The notes below the pieces were generated by a model. The model was not told the origin of the DNA, ran no database searches, and saw only the letters and a list, made by a program, of their open reading frames with translations. Below, one piece after another: positions 19,194 to 29,538 of a stretch of 64,000 nucleotides of DNA. Every line of letters starts with the position of its first letter. The stretch's first letter is position 1. The position numbers were made by a program, and so were the translations under genes. Source of the stretch: a virus; IMG/VR virus record IMGVR_UViG_3300008012_000022, positions 1-64,000 of that record, one strand, 5' to 3'.

Positions 19194-21467
19194 TTATATT
19201 GTAGCCTCGATCTGAGATAAGTCAACTACTTTTTTCTGTTTTTTTAGTCCATCTATTGCGAGAGGAATCACAGATTGACGGAAGATTCTTGATATGTCTT
19301 CGTAACCCTTTGCCGTCCCAATATTTAAGTCTAAAGCAGAGGCAAGACCCTTTGTTTTTATGCCTTGTCTATCCAAATCTTCAATCAATTTCTCAAGTTT
19401 GCACGCAAGAAAAGTTTTTAAATGTTCGGTTGTAGGTTTTTCTAAAAAGACAAATTGGGCTAGTTCTACAATGTCATCTGAAACATTCGGCGCTTCATCT
19501 CCACCAGCAAATCCCACCTTACCGCTCTTGCAATTAGCGCCGAGAATAAAAGTTACATTGGTTAACGGAATGATTTCATTATCGATAGTTTCAAAGCGAC
19601 CTGTCTTAAACCCATCAAGTAGAATATCTGCTGCATCTTTATCCAACCTGTCAACGTCATCAATGATCACAACAGGGTTCTCATGGTATCCTAATTTTTT
19701 AGCGAAGGAACCTTTACCGCTATCCATGAAGTTACCTAAGAGTGATACTGGATTGAGCGCGAACCTTGTCGCATTCAATACCTCGCAACCACATGTTCTT
19801 AAACATTCGCCAGCAGATTTGAGGAAGTATGACTTACCAACCTTTTCATTACCGTATACCACAATAATATTTGGTTCACTACCCGCACTAATATTCACAG
19901 AATACAGTGCTGTATCAAACAAGTCTACGTTATCTTTATTGATAACCTTTCGACTCAAACGCTGCACGAACTCGTGTTGTAACTCTTTAGACAGAAGGTT
20001 AACAATATTTTCCTTAAGATAAAAATGAAGATGATCTAATGTAACAGGTGCCTTAGTATCCTTGATAGATAATCCCCACTCACGATAAAGGTGATGTAAT
20101 TTTTCTACGTCATCATTTAATTCACCCTCTTCGCTAGCGTCTTTCGCTTTTTCCATGAGTGTTAATTCAAACTCTCGAATATCATCAGGCACCACAAAAT
20201 AATCCATCTTCGCTCTAGCGCCACAAAAATCAATAACATCTACAAGCTTGTCAGGATATGCTTTGTGTGGCAATTCCTTATCGCAAAAAGAAATTACTTG
20301 TTCACAGAATTCGTCACCATATTTTACAGGATGTAATTGCTCATAATGATCTACTAGTTGAGGTAGAATTTCCTTCATCTGTGTTGATGTAGGAGGATAC
20401 ATACGGATCAACTGGAACCGTCGCTCAAGAGCAGGGTTCCCTTTAATCTTAGAGTCGTATTCAGAAGGTGTCGTAGCGCCGATGCATGAAATTTCTCCAC
20501 GCGCCAACGCGGGTTTGAGAATGTTTGATGCCTCAAGGTCATCACTCTTACCTCCTGTGCCTGCCCCAACTAGAGTATGAATCTCATCAAAGAAGAGAAT
20601 AACATTATGCTTACTCTTAACTTCTGCAATGAACTGAGTTAACTTAGCCTCGAATTGTCCGCGCCAAATAGATCCACTAAGCATATCTGCAAGGTGAACA
20701 TCATATACTACCTTGTCTTTCAACAGGTCTGGCGCACGACCCTCAACGATTTCTCTAGCTAACAATTCAATGCAAGAAGTTTTTCCTATACCAGCAATAC
20801 CCGTGACGATAGCGTTCTTCTTTTTCTCTCTACACAATGTTGTATAAAGTTTCTCAAGAGTATTATCGTAGTCAACCAGTCCATCGTATTCTCCATAAGC
20901 TGCAAGAGAGTTGAGGTTAGTTGCAAATTCCTCGATGATCGGGTTATATTCAAATGGATCTTGCTTATCTTCTTCTGCGTCTTCATTATCGATTAGAAGA
21001 TCAAGTGCGTCATAATTTTTGAAGAAAGAAAAGTTTTGAATTGGTTCGTCACGAATGAACGATACTAATATCTCTTGCCACCTTTCAGAAAAACTATCTT
21101 CCTCACCCCCTAATTCTTCATCAAGAAAAAGATAAATGTATGGTCTTTCATTGTCAACCAAATCAGTCATGGCTAACAGAAGAAACTCTAAATTATTTTT
21201 GTTTTCTGGTTGGCCGAACAGCTTCGAAAATTTCTCTGCTGTATCAAAGACTTTTCGAACCACTGTCTGTTGCTGAACAGACTGAGGTTTCTTCATGAGG
21301 AACAAAGCAGATGCCATTTGCAACTGCTTAATCTCCACACCCAATGAATCAAATAGAGTCTTGACCGAAAGTGATCCGTGGTTGATAATGGCCGCGAACA
21401 ATACGTCCACACAAACAAACTCTAAATTAATACTATCTGCGTATTCTTTTGCGTCTTTAAATGTCAT
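19194..21467 (-). CDS. ClpA/ClpB-family AAA+ ATPase
   Basis: G.AGIGKT, RGQFE, FFDEIHTLVGAG, NILKPALARG, IGATT..EY, ALERRFQ; second AAA module divergent. Confidence 0.9.
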   Translation of the reverse strand: MTFKDAKEYADSINLEFVCVDVLFAAIINHGSLSVKTLFDSLGVEIKQLQMASALFLMKKPQSVQQQTVVRKVFDTAEKFSKLFGQPENKNNLEFLLLAMTDLVDNERPYIYLFLDEELGGEEDSFSERWQEILVSFIRDEPIQNFSFFKNYDALDLLIDNEDAEEDKQDPFEYNPIIEEFATNLNSLAAYGEYDGLVDYDNTLEKLYTTLCREKKKNAIVTGIAGIGKTSCIELLAREIVEGRAPDLLKDKVVYDVHLADMLSGSIWRGQFEAKLTQFIAEVKSKHNVILFFDEIHTLVGAGTGGKSDDLEASNILKPALARGEISCIGATTPSEYDSKIKGNPALERRFQLIRMYPPTSTQMKEILPQLVDHYEQLHPVKYGDEFCEQVISFCDKELPHKAYPDKLVDVIDFCGARAKMDYFVVPDDIREFELTLMEKAKDASEEGELNDDVEKLHHLYREWGLSIKDTKAPVTLDHLHFYLKENIVNLLSKELQHEFVQRLSRKVINKDNVDLFDTALYSVNISAGSEPNIIVVYGNEKVGKSYFLKSAGECLRTCGCEVLNATRFALNPVSLLGNFMDSGKGSFAKKLGYHENPVVIIDDVDRLDKDAADILLDGFKTGRFETIDNEIIPLTNVTFILGANCKSGKVGFAGGDEAPNVSDDIVELAQFVFLEKPTTEHLKTFLACKLEKLIEDLDRQGIKTKGLASALDLNIGTAKGYEDISRIFRQSVIPLAIDGLKKQKKVVDLSQIEATI

Positions 21468-23986
21468 TTTAAATCTCTAACTTTAAGATAAACCCGTTCT
21501 CCCATAATGTCAATCGAATTTACCCACTCATCGTTACCACGCACGATAACGATGTCAGATTTAGACATTCCGCCAGACTCTTCCTCCCAATCGGAGAATT
21601 TCTGAGCACGCGGCGAATCACAGAACATCATTGTTTTTTGTGTCTCTTCATCAGAGATTGTAAAACGGATGTAGCGATTTCCTTTAACACTTTTCTTGAT
21701 AAAAAAGTCATCAACGTGCCCTATCACGCGCCAACTATTTGATCCACCCACTGCTGAGATAGGATCAAGTTGGCCATCGAAACATTCACGAAGTTTATAT
21801 GTATAAGCATACCCTAATAATTTCTTTTCAAACCACCAGATAGCAAGCTTCTCAAATTTTTTGTTAGCCTCATAAAGCTCTTTATATTTGGTATAGTCAC
21901 GCTTGAAAACATTTTCAAATCGTTTGTCTGCCATAATTTGCTTAGTGACATCGCCCTTACCGATACGATGACGAGTTTTAGCAATTACATCTAACAGTTT
22001 GTAATTAAACTCTTTGCCGAACGCTTCAAAGTTCATTTTCTCCCTGTCTGTTAGAATGTTAAAGGTCTGAGCTTCCAATGCAGTTAACAAACGAAAGTCT
22101 GAACCGAGTGCTCCAGCATAAATCAAACTAGATAACACACCAATATTAATACCACATTGTTTCGCGCTACGAAACACATCAAATTTGTTATCGCGCTTAG
22201 TCTTAACGAAGTCTCCTAATGCGTCTTGAGTTGAAGTAGAAATACCCTTGATAGATTTTAAACCGTAACGGATATTACCGTCTTCAATTGTGAAGTCCAT
22301 CTCTGATTTATCAAGCTGTGGTGGTAATAAATTAATACCAAAGTCATGTAACTCACGAGTCACTTCTGCCACTACCTCAAGAGGTTCCTGCTCATGCTCC
22401 GCTATCTCTAATATAGAACAGAAGAATTCAGATGTATGCTTATACTTAAGCCACACAGTCTTAGCAGCAAGAGATGCATAGCAGATACTATGCGACAAAT
22501 TAAACTGGTAGGCTGCACTGTTCTCAACAACGTTCCAAAAATAGTTGGGAACCTCATGGTGAATACCTGCTGCGTCTGCCGCATCAAAGATTTTACCTTG
22601 CCATTTAGGAATTTCATCTACCTTTTTCTTACCGATAGCGCGACGAAGATTTTCCGCATCATCAAGTGACATACCAAACACCTCGTGACAACTGCGCATC
22701 ACTTGTTCCTGATACAACATTACATTTTTTGTTGTAGCAAGAATGTCATCCAAAGCATCATTCATACCTAACTTCTCAGGAGTCACCTTTTGCTTCTTGT
22801 AATCACTTACAAATTGTAGTGCCGCTGGTCTAGCTAAAGCAACCACGTCAGATAACTCAAAAAGATTGAGAGGTTTAATGGCCTGTGCAACTTCACAGTT
22901 GGTATGCGCCGAAATTTGAAATAGTCCAGCGGGATGTTTATAATCTTGCAACTGTTGATAGATGAATGGGTCTTCGGGATCAATGTCATCGAAATCAACT
23001 CCAATCTTCTCACATGCTAAGTAAGCTATTGACAATGTGCGTAGACCGAGAATGTCGAACTTAACCATAAGGTCAGCGACATCATCCATATCATAACCAC
23101 TAACTAAGCTACCATCTTTGGTAAGCTGTAACGGCATGACCTTACGAATATCTTGTGAACAGATGGCAATACCTGATGGGTGAACACCATTGTTCTTATG
23201 TAAATTTTCAATCACTAATGCGTGATCAAAGATTTTTCGATTTTCGTCTACCCATTCTTTGAACTTATCAGATTCCTCATAGGCACGCTCTAAAGATAAC
23301 ACTTTACCATGTTCCTTCGGCACCATATCAGAAATACGGTTAGCCTCTTCCTCGTCTACCTCCCCAAAATATTTCGCCGCTTCTCTAATACATAGCTTCG
23401 AAGAGAATGTATTGTATGTAAGAATTTTTGATGTGCGACCTTTATGTTTTTCCTCAATGTAATCAATAACGAGTGGACGATGAGAATGGGCGATATCAGT
23501 ATCCACATCAGGAGCAAGAGCACCAACAAGAAACGTTTTTCCATGTTTGTCTGTTATTTTCTTCGCCCGTGACGGAGACACAAATCTCTCAAAATACAGT
23601 CCGTATTTAATCGGGTCAATATTTGTAACCCTTAATAGATACAGCACTAATGATCCAGCGGCGGAACCTCTACCATCTCCGATGGGCACCTTATTTTTCC
23701 GCGCAAAATTTATTACATCCCAATTCAATAAGATATAGTCAGTGAAACCCAACTCTTCAAAAATTTGAAGCTCAGTTTTAACCCTGTCGTAGTATTCTTG
23801 TTTGTTGGGTAAGTTTTCAATACCACGTTCCTTCGCACCCTCTAGTGCAAGCCCACGCATTACATCAAAACTTGATGCGCTATTGTCTAACCCCAACTTG
23901 TCTAAAACTTTAGCTTCAACCTCGATTTTAGGAAGTTCTAGACCTGCTGGTTCACAATCGTCATATGGTTTAAAATCTTCAAACAT
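21464..23986 (-). CDS. dnaE: DNA polymerase III alpha catalytic part (no PHP domain)
   Basis: G.GRGSAAGSLV, FERF, PDVDTD, HPSGI, KFDILGL, YQEQ, FNLSH, IRYGL..IKG. Confidence 0.93.
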   Translation of the reverse strand: MFEDFKPYDDCEPAGLELPKIEVEAKVLDKLGLDNSASSFDVMRGLALEGAKERGIENLPNKQEYYDRVKTELQIFEELGFTDYILLNWDVINFARKNKVPIGDGRGSAAGSLVLYLLRVTNIDPIKYGLYFERFVSPSRAKKITDKHGKTFLVGALAPDVDTDIAHSHRPLVIDYIEEKHKGRTSKILTYNTFSSKLCIREAAKYFGEVDEEEANRISDMVPKEHGKVLSLERAYEESDKFKEWVDENRKIFDHALVIENLHKNNGVHPSGIAICSQDIRKVMPLQLTKDGSLVSGYDMDDVADLMVKFDILGLRTLSIAYLACEKIGVDFDDIDPEDPFIYQQLQDYKHPAGLFQISAHTNCEVAQAIKPLNLFELSDVVALARPAALQFVSDYKKQKVTPEKLGMNDALDDILATTKNVMLYQEQVMRSCHEVFGMSLDDAENLRRAIGKKKVDEIPKWQGKIFDAADAAGIHHEVPNYFWNVVENSAAYQFNLSHSICYASLAAKTVWLKYKHTSEFFCSILEIAEHEQEPLEVVAEVTRELHDFGINLLPPQLDKSEMDFTIEDGNIRYGLKSIKGISTSTQDALGDFVKTKRDNKFDVFRSAKQCGINIGVLSSLIYAGALGSDFRLLTALEAQTFNILTDREKMNFEAFGKEFNYKLLDVIAKTRHRIGKGDVTKQIMADKRFENVFKRDYTKYKELYEANKKFEKLAIWWFEKKLLGYAYTYKLRECFDGQLDPISAVGGSNSWRVIGHVDDFFIKKSVKGNRYIRFTISDEETQKTMMFCDSPRAQKFSDWEEESGGMSKSDIVIVRGNDEWVNSIDIMGERVYLKVRDLK

Positions 23987-24144
23987 TACCCTCTTCCGTT
24001 GTCGATGTTTTGTGGAATTGTTACGTCATGAATCCAACCTGATACCTTATCGCCCCACTTCCAACATGTAAACCAATGAACGATTTCGGAAAGTGGGTGA
24101 GCTATCAAGTTGTGAACGGTCCAGTTTTTATATAATTTATTCAT
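23986..24144 (-). CDS. 52 aa phage protein
   Basis: MNKLYKNWTVHNLIAHPLSEI...WIHDVT.P; coupled on both sides. Confidence 0.6.
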   Translation of the reverse strand: MNKLYKNWTVHNLIAHPLSEIVHWFTCWKWGDKVSGWIHDVTIPQNIDNGRG

Positions 24145-24419
24145 TTTAATTTTTCTTTTGTTACAATAGTTTCATCGGTAACGGACACTTGCCAACCGTG
24201 TAACTCAGCAAGAAAGCATAAGGTTTTAAATTGATCTTTACTATATTGAAAGGGAACATAACTTGTTCTCACCAAATGGCAACAACACAAACGAGTTTTA
24301 TTGGTTTCGTCATTAACGACCCACCATTCTCTTACTGGACCAGATGATTGTTTGCCTACATTTCCATTAATAGCATACTCAACACTAGCCTTACGAACCT
24401 TTTTAAATTTTAATATCAT
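24141..24419 (-). CDS. Hypothetical protein
   Basis: ORF in operon. Confidence 0.55.
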   Translation of the reverse strand: MILKFKKVRKASVEYAINGNVGKQSSGPVREWWVVNDETNKTRLCCCHLVRTSYVPFQYSKDQFKTLCFLAELHGWQVSVTDETIVTKEKLK

Positions 24420-24713
24420 TTCTGATTTTCTATATTATAACGCATTTGGCCTGATAGCCTGACGTATCGTTGAAACATAGGTTGAAACATTCTCCAACCA
24501 CGATCAGGGTCATCGTCTAAACAATCAATAGTGCAATTGTGACGGTGCACAGAGCGACACACCATTGTTAAGACGTGTTTCTAAAAAAGGATAAAGGGAT
24601 CGTGGTTTAATATGGTGAGCGTGCAAGCGCCAAATTGGAAACTTGCCTCCGCATACCACACAATGCCCACCATCTCTTAGGCGAACTAGTCTACTCCATC
24701 TCGTTACGTCCAT
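24416..24713 (-). pseudogene. Frameshifted HNH endonuclease
   Basis: RD...CVVCG...HAHHI...NGVSLCAP, then a break; a second frame continues to a TGA overlapping the next ATG. Confidence 0.65.
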
Positions 24714-25204
24714 TGTTGTGTTTCTATAAGCGCCCGAAGGTTGCGTTTAAGATCGTCCATACTTCCGTTGTTGTCAACCCAAAAGTCTGCCATCCATGGT
24801 TCAATATCCATAGACTCATTAGATTCTTTTGGTAATACATCTGAACGATCAATCCATATAGCTGCATCGAATAGGTTCTGATTTTTCAAAGCATAGAATT
24901 CGCGCCGACTTCTGATGCCACTATAAATATCATGGCGCTTGAAAATCTCGCGGCCTAATCTAGCTGGATCATACCTGTTATAATCACAGATCAAATCAAA
25001 CCATTCGTCACGGTGATTATATCTATCCTCGAAACATTCTTCTTTGGAGGTATAACCATATTTATCTTTGAGTGCACTATAGATAAACAAATCATTTGCA
25101 ATGGCGCTACTACCCTGAGTAGTCAGAATAGGATAGTCAATACATAGAAAATCTGCCGAAGTATCTTTACCATGCCGAGCATAGCCCATGATGATTAGTT
25201 TCAT
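24704..25204 (-). CDS. Deoxynucleoside monophosphate kinase-like protein
   Basis: IMGYARHGKDT P-loop, GIR...E, VDNNGS..DL. Confidence 0.8.
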   Translation of the reverse strand: MKLIIMGYARHGKDTSADFLCIDYPILTTQGSSAIANDLFIYSALKDKYGYTSKEECFEDRYNHRDEWFDLICDYNRYDPARLGREIFKRHDIYSGIRSRREFYALKNQNLFDAAIWIDRSDVLPKESNESMDIEPWMADFWVDNNGSMDDLKRNLRALIETQQWT

Positions 25205-25743
25205 GATTTTTCAACAATCTTACGTAAATCAGATTTTTTTGCAAGTGGTCGTGTGTTTCGAAAAACATCAAGAGTAGTTTGCATCGACTGTTTCAAGTTT
25301 TTGACTTGATCATCTATATTTTGGATAACCAACTGTTCAACTACAATTAACTGTCCAACTGGTGCACTCAATAGTTCATCCATACTATCAACAAATTTGT
25401 AAATTGGAATACCGCGCCATTGAGCAAGCATCACCTCTGCCTTTGCCCCTGTTGAATGTTCCCATCCATTAAGTAACGCTAGCGCATCAACAGTTTGAAT
25501 GACTTCTACATCGCGACGAATACAATCATCCGTAAATTCCCGAAGCTCCTGCTCATTCATGTGATCAAGATCATCACCACCTGTAGGATCATAGCTAATC
25601 GCCCTATCCATATCTGCTGGTGATATTACAATCCAATCTTTTTCCAACCTCGATTTAGCATAATCAAACGCAGGAAAATTATGTTTAGGATAACCAGTCA
25701 TAGGACCAGCTACATAGATCTTTTTCTTTTTATTACCAATCAT
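25201..25743 (-). CDS. DUF4406/nucleoside 2-deoxyribosyltransferase-like protein
   Basis: IYVAGPMTG...NFPAF, SPA, L.GWE.S.GA.AE. Confidence 0.85.
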   Translation of the reverse strand: MIGNKKKKIYVAGPMTGYPKHNFPAFDYAKSRLEKDWIVISPADMDRAISYDPTGGDDLDHMNEQELREFTDDCIRRDVEVIQTVDALALLNGWEHSTGAKAEVMLAQWRGIPIYKFVDSMDELLSAPVGQLIVVEQLVIQNIDDQVKNLKQSMQTTLDVFRNTRPLAKKSDLRKIVEKS

Positions 25744-26101
25744 GTTTAAAGCTGCGAATAAATTTAACAGTTGCTTCATTTCGAAAAGGTTCTAACTCTT
25801 TCTCACTGTAACCCTTTTCTAAAAGTTGGGTATGGATATCTTTTACATCTATAATGCAATGCCTCTGCAACCCAAAATCCTTAATCCAATCCACTGCCCT
25901 ACCGAACAGTTGTTCTAACGAATCGAATACAGTATACCAACCACGCTTGCCAAAATCATAGTTAGTTAGTAAAATCCAACGTTCATCAGTATTGAAATGA
26001 TAATTAGTAACGAAAGATTCTACATCCTGTTTGATCTTATCAGCTTTTTCCTGATACTGATCAACCATTATTTTTAATATTCTATAATCTGTAGTAGGCA
26101 T
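25733..26101 (-). CDS. Hypothetical protein
   Basis: ORF in operon, start at MPTTD. Confidence 0.5.
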   Translation of the reverse strand: MPTTDYRILKIMVDQYQEKADKIKQDVESFVTNYHFNTDERWILLTNYDFGKRGWYTVFDSLEQLFGRAVDWIKDFGLQRHCIIDVKDIHTQLLEKGYSEKELEPFRNEATVKFIRSFKHDW

Positions 26102-26102
26102 T

Positions 26103-26498
26103 TTAATAAAGGTGCAAGTCTTGTGCTGCTTTCTCACACATAGCGGCAATCTGAACCAGTTCCTTGAGAGCAGCTTCTCCATTCAACTGTTTTTCTTTTA
26201 CCTCGTCCCAAAACTCGTCTAACTCTTCACGGATGATACCGTATGCTTCATGAGGTGAATGCATATCACCATGAAGTTCACGTGACCGTGCTAGTTCAAC
26301 AGCTACCCGTGCCGCAAATGGAGAGGTGCCTTGTGAAGAAAATAAATCTCGTTCACCGTCCATAAATGATTGTGCCTCTTCATATTCTTGCATTTCACGC
26401 TCAAGAATCCTTTCGTTTTCATCATCCATCGCATTCATTCCTGCCAACACTGTATATAGCGAAGTTGACGGATCTATATTTGTTAAATCATATTTCAT
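26103..26498 (-). CDS. MazG-like nucleotide pyrophosphohydrolase domain protein
   Basis: HEAYGII.EE.DE.WDEV...ELVQIAAM. Confidence 0.7.
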   Translation of the reverse strand: MKYDLTNIDPSTSLYTVLAGMNAMDDENERILEREMQEYEEAQSFMDGERDLFSSQGTSPFAARVAVELARSRELHGDMHSPHEAYGIIREELDEFWDEVKEKQLNGEAALKELVQIAAMCEKAAQDLHLY

Positions 26499-27003
26499 CT
26501 GTTAATTCTAATACTAATTCAAATAGTGTTTGTTTGTCGAAGTCTTTAGCTCCGAAATTATATACAGGAATGTTCAATGTCTCTGCCATCTTAATTCCTT
26601 GACCAGTGCCGCCCGTATCGTTTCCGTTCTCTGTCCAACACACAACGAACTCCACTGGAGAGTTAAGCTTCGGTCCTAAAAGTTGATGGACATTCCGCGC
26701 CAATAACTTTTGTGATCCAACGGATTTCTCTTTCCAGTTTGGATGAAACCTTGCCGCCATGGTATGAGCCTCTTTCGAAGGAGTGAATAATTTAGAGGTA
26801 TGACCATTAAATCCGCGCCACGGAAGAAAGATTTGTTTGTTAGCAGGTATCACATACTTCTCAAAAGCTAAGTCTGCACCTTCGGCACCACCTGAACGAA
26901 GAGTTAACCCTTGATCTTGCGCCCATCTACCGAACTTCTCAAATGATACTTGAATATCATCTGGTATAGTTCGCCGCCCTATTCCTGCGTAATACATTCC
27001 CAA
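26488..27003 (-). CDS. SLOG/DprA-like Rossmann-fold protein
   Basis: YAGIG.R, LRSGGA.GAD.AFE, RN..Q.LG, GGTGQ. Confidence 0.8.
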   Translation of the reverse strand: MGMYYAGIGRRTIPDDIQVSFEKFGRWAQDQGLTLRSGGAEGADLAFEKYVIPANKQIFLPWRGFNGHTSKLFTPSKEAHTMAARFHPNWKEKSVGSQKLLARNVHQLLGPKLNSPVEFVVCWTENGNDTGGTGQGIKMAETLNIPVYNFGAKDFDKQTLFELVLELTDEI

Positions 27004-27281
27004 TCTAATTTTTTAAATTCTTCTTCTGACAGAGTTTTGATATTACCTAAAACTGATGCACCATATACTGTCATTCCATATGCTTCTTTGTGGCACTCAT
27101 AAACTGATCCACTGTATCCACGAAATATATAATGTGTGTCAGTCTCTTCTACCTTACTGATACAAGAGTTAGTGCGCCAACTATCTCCACTGAGATAACC
27201 ACCAGACCATGTAGCGAACACTTTGTAATCAGTGCCATTGTTACACTGAAACACACACCATTTATCAGGATAATAAGTCAT
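26979..27281 (-). CDS. Conserved phage hypothetical protein
   Basis: PD.W, KVF..W.GGY..GDSWR.NS, G.SGSVY.C. Confidence 0.7.
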   Translation of the reverse strand: MTYYPDKWCVFQCNNGTDYKVFATWSGGYLSGDSWRTNSCISKVEETDTHYIFRGYSGSVYECHKEAYGMTVYGASVLGNIKTLSEEEFKKLDWECITQE

Positions 27282-27435
27282 TCTCTTATGAGTTGAAGGT
27301 TCCAGTTTCTACTTAGTATGTTAAATTCTAAATCTGTAACAACACCGTCTCCCAACGCTATCTCTGTATCATTACTGCGCCAAACTGATCTTATTTTTAT
27401 TCCGCCCTCGCTTTGTGAACTGTAGTAAATACCAA

Positions 27436-28065
27436 TCATAATTTCAAAATCTTTTTTAGTTCTAAAAATATCTTCCAGTTCATTCCTACATCATACAAAC
27501 CATCGTGCAGTTGATAACGATCATATGGAATACCTAACGCTTTCAACAACGCTTCTTGTCCTACTCCACGACGTTTAAGATCCTTATCATAATGCAGCTT
27601 GTAGAACCAGTGAAGGTAGTCTCCATCTCGTGGTTTGTCAAGTTGATTTTTCCATGCGACCGCAAGAAATCTAGTGTCCATGAATCTGTCCATGAACGAG
27701 TAATCAAACTGTTCAATCTTGACTCCTGCCATCTCTGCAATCAGTGGAATCATCCACACATCAAAAAACAAAATGTTTTGTCCTACTAGAATATTGTTTT
27801 CGTCATAGATGATAGCTTCAATTTCATCCCACGCATCACGCGGCGAAATTTTTGTGTCATCATATTTCTCTTGACTAAAACCTGTTAGCTTTTTGACAAA
27901 ATCAGATAACTGCAAGTTAGGAACGTCAATATATACTTGACGCTTTGACTTAACTTGATGACCCTGACACTGGAGATAAGAGAATTCCCATGGACGAGAA
28001 TACCTATAGTTTAATCCCTCTGTCTCCGTATCAAAGTCTATATATTTTTGGTTATACTCAAACAT
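27436..28065 (-). CDS. DEDDh 3'-5' exonuclease (DnaQ/epsilon-like)
   Basis: DTETEG, GQN...FD, DT, H.GLYD; start at MFEYN. Confidence 0.85.
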   Translation of the reverse strand: MFEYNQKYIDFDTETEGLNYRYSRPWEFSYLQCQGHQVKSKRQVYIDVPNLQLSDFVKKLTGFSQEKYDDTKISPRDAWDEIEAIIYDENNILVGQNILFFDVWMIPLIAEMAGVKIEQFDYSFMDRFMDTRFLAVAWKNQLDKPRDGDYLHWFYKLHYDKDLKRRGVGQEALLKALGIPYDRYQLHDGLYDVGMNWKIFLELKKILKL

Positions 28066-28108
28066 ATCAACTGATATCTTCGAAACATATGTCACATGTT
28101 TCGACACC

Positions 28109-28393
28109 TCAATTATCTGCTTTAGATCGGCGCAGTGTAGGTTTAGGAAGTCGTTTGATAGCACGACCGAGAGCAATACGAACGCCGAGTTTCTTATCGA
28201 ACACGTCATGACTACTACACTCAGCTTCCCCAATAAAAGTCTTTCTATTAGGTGTAGTGAGAGTAACAATAGTTGCTCCACCTTTTGGTTCAATTCCTTT
28301 TTCACTACGCTGTCTAGCGTGTGCGATAGTTACTTCATAACCTTGAGTTTCAAGATTACGAATCCGTTCGTGATTTTTCAATCTGTTTTTCAT
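28109..28393 (-). CDS. Conserved phage hypothetical protein
   Basis: GG.T, G.A.CS..D.FDKK.G..IALGRA. Confidence 0.7.
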   Translation of the reverse strand: MKNRLKNHERIRNLETQGYEVTIAHARQRSEKGIEPKGGATIVTLTTPNRKTFIGEAECSSHDVFDKKLGVRIALGRAIKRLPKPTLRRSKADN

Positions 28394-29042
28394 AATTTTG
28401 CCAACTGAATAGATTACTTCCGCAATCATCTAGTTCAGGTCTACCTCTATTGGGAGGTCTGCCCCCTTTACGATGGGTGACAGATTTATAGAACTGAAAT
28501 TCTTCAAAATGTTTATCAAATTCGTATAGAACTGTATGCGCAGGTTGAGTCTCTACACCTAACCTATCAAGCGCACGCTTAATTTGGTAGTCATATGGAT
28601 GACTGTGTTCCTCTACTAAATGAATATGATCATTCAATGGTAGGTCATAGATACCGAAATGGTGTAGTGACTTGTGAACATACGAATCGTAAAAGGGAAC
28701 ACACAATAAAAGATTCTTAAGTGACGCTTTGTTATATTTCCAGACGCCAGATTTAGTTTGGGCGCGAGAATATATCTCCCGCAAATCTTCCATACCCTTA
28801 TTATCCTTAGCGAATAGAATAATCTTACTCGCCTTGTTATCGGCATAACTACAGTTAAGTCTGATGCCCCAACGAAATGGCTTATCAAATTTCTCTGATA
28901 GCACCTTGATCTTTCGGAACCCACCGAAGGAGTCTTCAACGAAAACAACTTCTTCTAAATCTTTGGCAAGCTCAAAACATCGTTTAGGTGTCAGAATAGA
29001 TTTACCTATAGAAAAATGTGTTTTAAATAGTGGGGTCATCAA
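28356..29042 (-). CDS. Stand-alone PHP domain of DNA polymerase III alpha
   Basis: PLFKTHFSIGKSIL, ED...GF, G.RL, IILFAKD.KG..DL..IYS. Confidence 0.8.
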   Translation of the reverse strand: MMTPLFKTHFSIGKSILTPKRCFELAKDLEEVVFVEDSFGGFRKIKVLSEKFDKPFRWGIRLNCSYADNKASKIILFAKDNKGMEDLREIYSRAQTKSGVWKYNKASLKNLLLCVPFYDSYVHKSLHHFGIYDLPLNDHIHLVEEHSHPYDYQIKRALDRLGVETQPAHTVLYEFDKHFEEFQFYKSVTHRKGGRPPNRGRPELDDCGSNLFSWQNYEKQIEKSRTDS

Positions 29043-29167
29043 CCTGACTTTCGTGTATAGTTTCGCACTCCGACGTTTCTAAATTAGTAGCTAAATAGAA
29101 ACCATCGAAATACATCCATAGAATAAAATCTACTTGAGCATCTGAAAAAACACCAAACGCAATAGGA

Positions 29168-29533
29168 CTACTGCGAGTCAGTGTCACCCTCTGTGGTAGC
29201 TTCCGCTTGCTCATCCTCAATCTCCTTCTTTGCTTTTTCAAACAGTTCGCTCATCACCAGACGTTTCTGGAACAACTGAGCCTTGCGATTAGTGCCACGT
29301 TTACCGAACGCACCCTTTGTTTTTACTGCGGGGGCAATAGCATTATGCATCAATACTAAACGCGATATTGTTTCTGGCGAGATTCCCTTTCGTCGTTTTA
29401 CTGTCTCACCAGTAGCCTCATCAAACTCTTCAATAATATCGTTCTGCTCTCTCAGTTCAAGCTTAATCGATACTTGATCTTCAAGAGGAAGGTGCTGGAG
29501 GACACGAGCAATTTTCCATGGCGTCAACTTCAT
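29168..29533 (-). CDS. Hypothetical protein, first gene behind a strong sigma70 promoter
   Basis: ATG 5 nt after TATAAT. Confidence 0.65.
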   Translation of the reverse strand: MKLTPWKIARVLQHLPLEDQVSIKLELREQNDIIEEFDEATGETVKRRKGISPETISRLVLMHNAIAPAVKTKGAFGKRGTNRKAQLFQKRLVMSELFEKAKKEIEDEQAEATTEGDTDSQ

Positions 29534-29538
29534 ACCTC

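Noticed and set aside
19360-20022. 220 aa plus-strand ORF and the many other short antisense ORFs in the track
   Set aside because: They are shadows of well-supported genes on the opposite strand and have no motifs.
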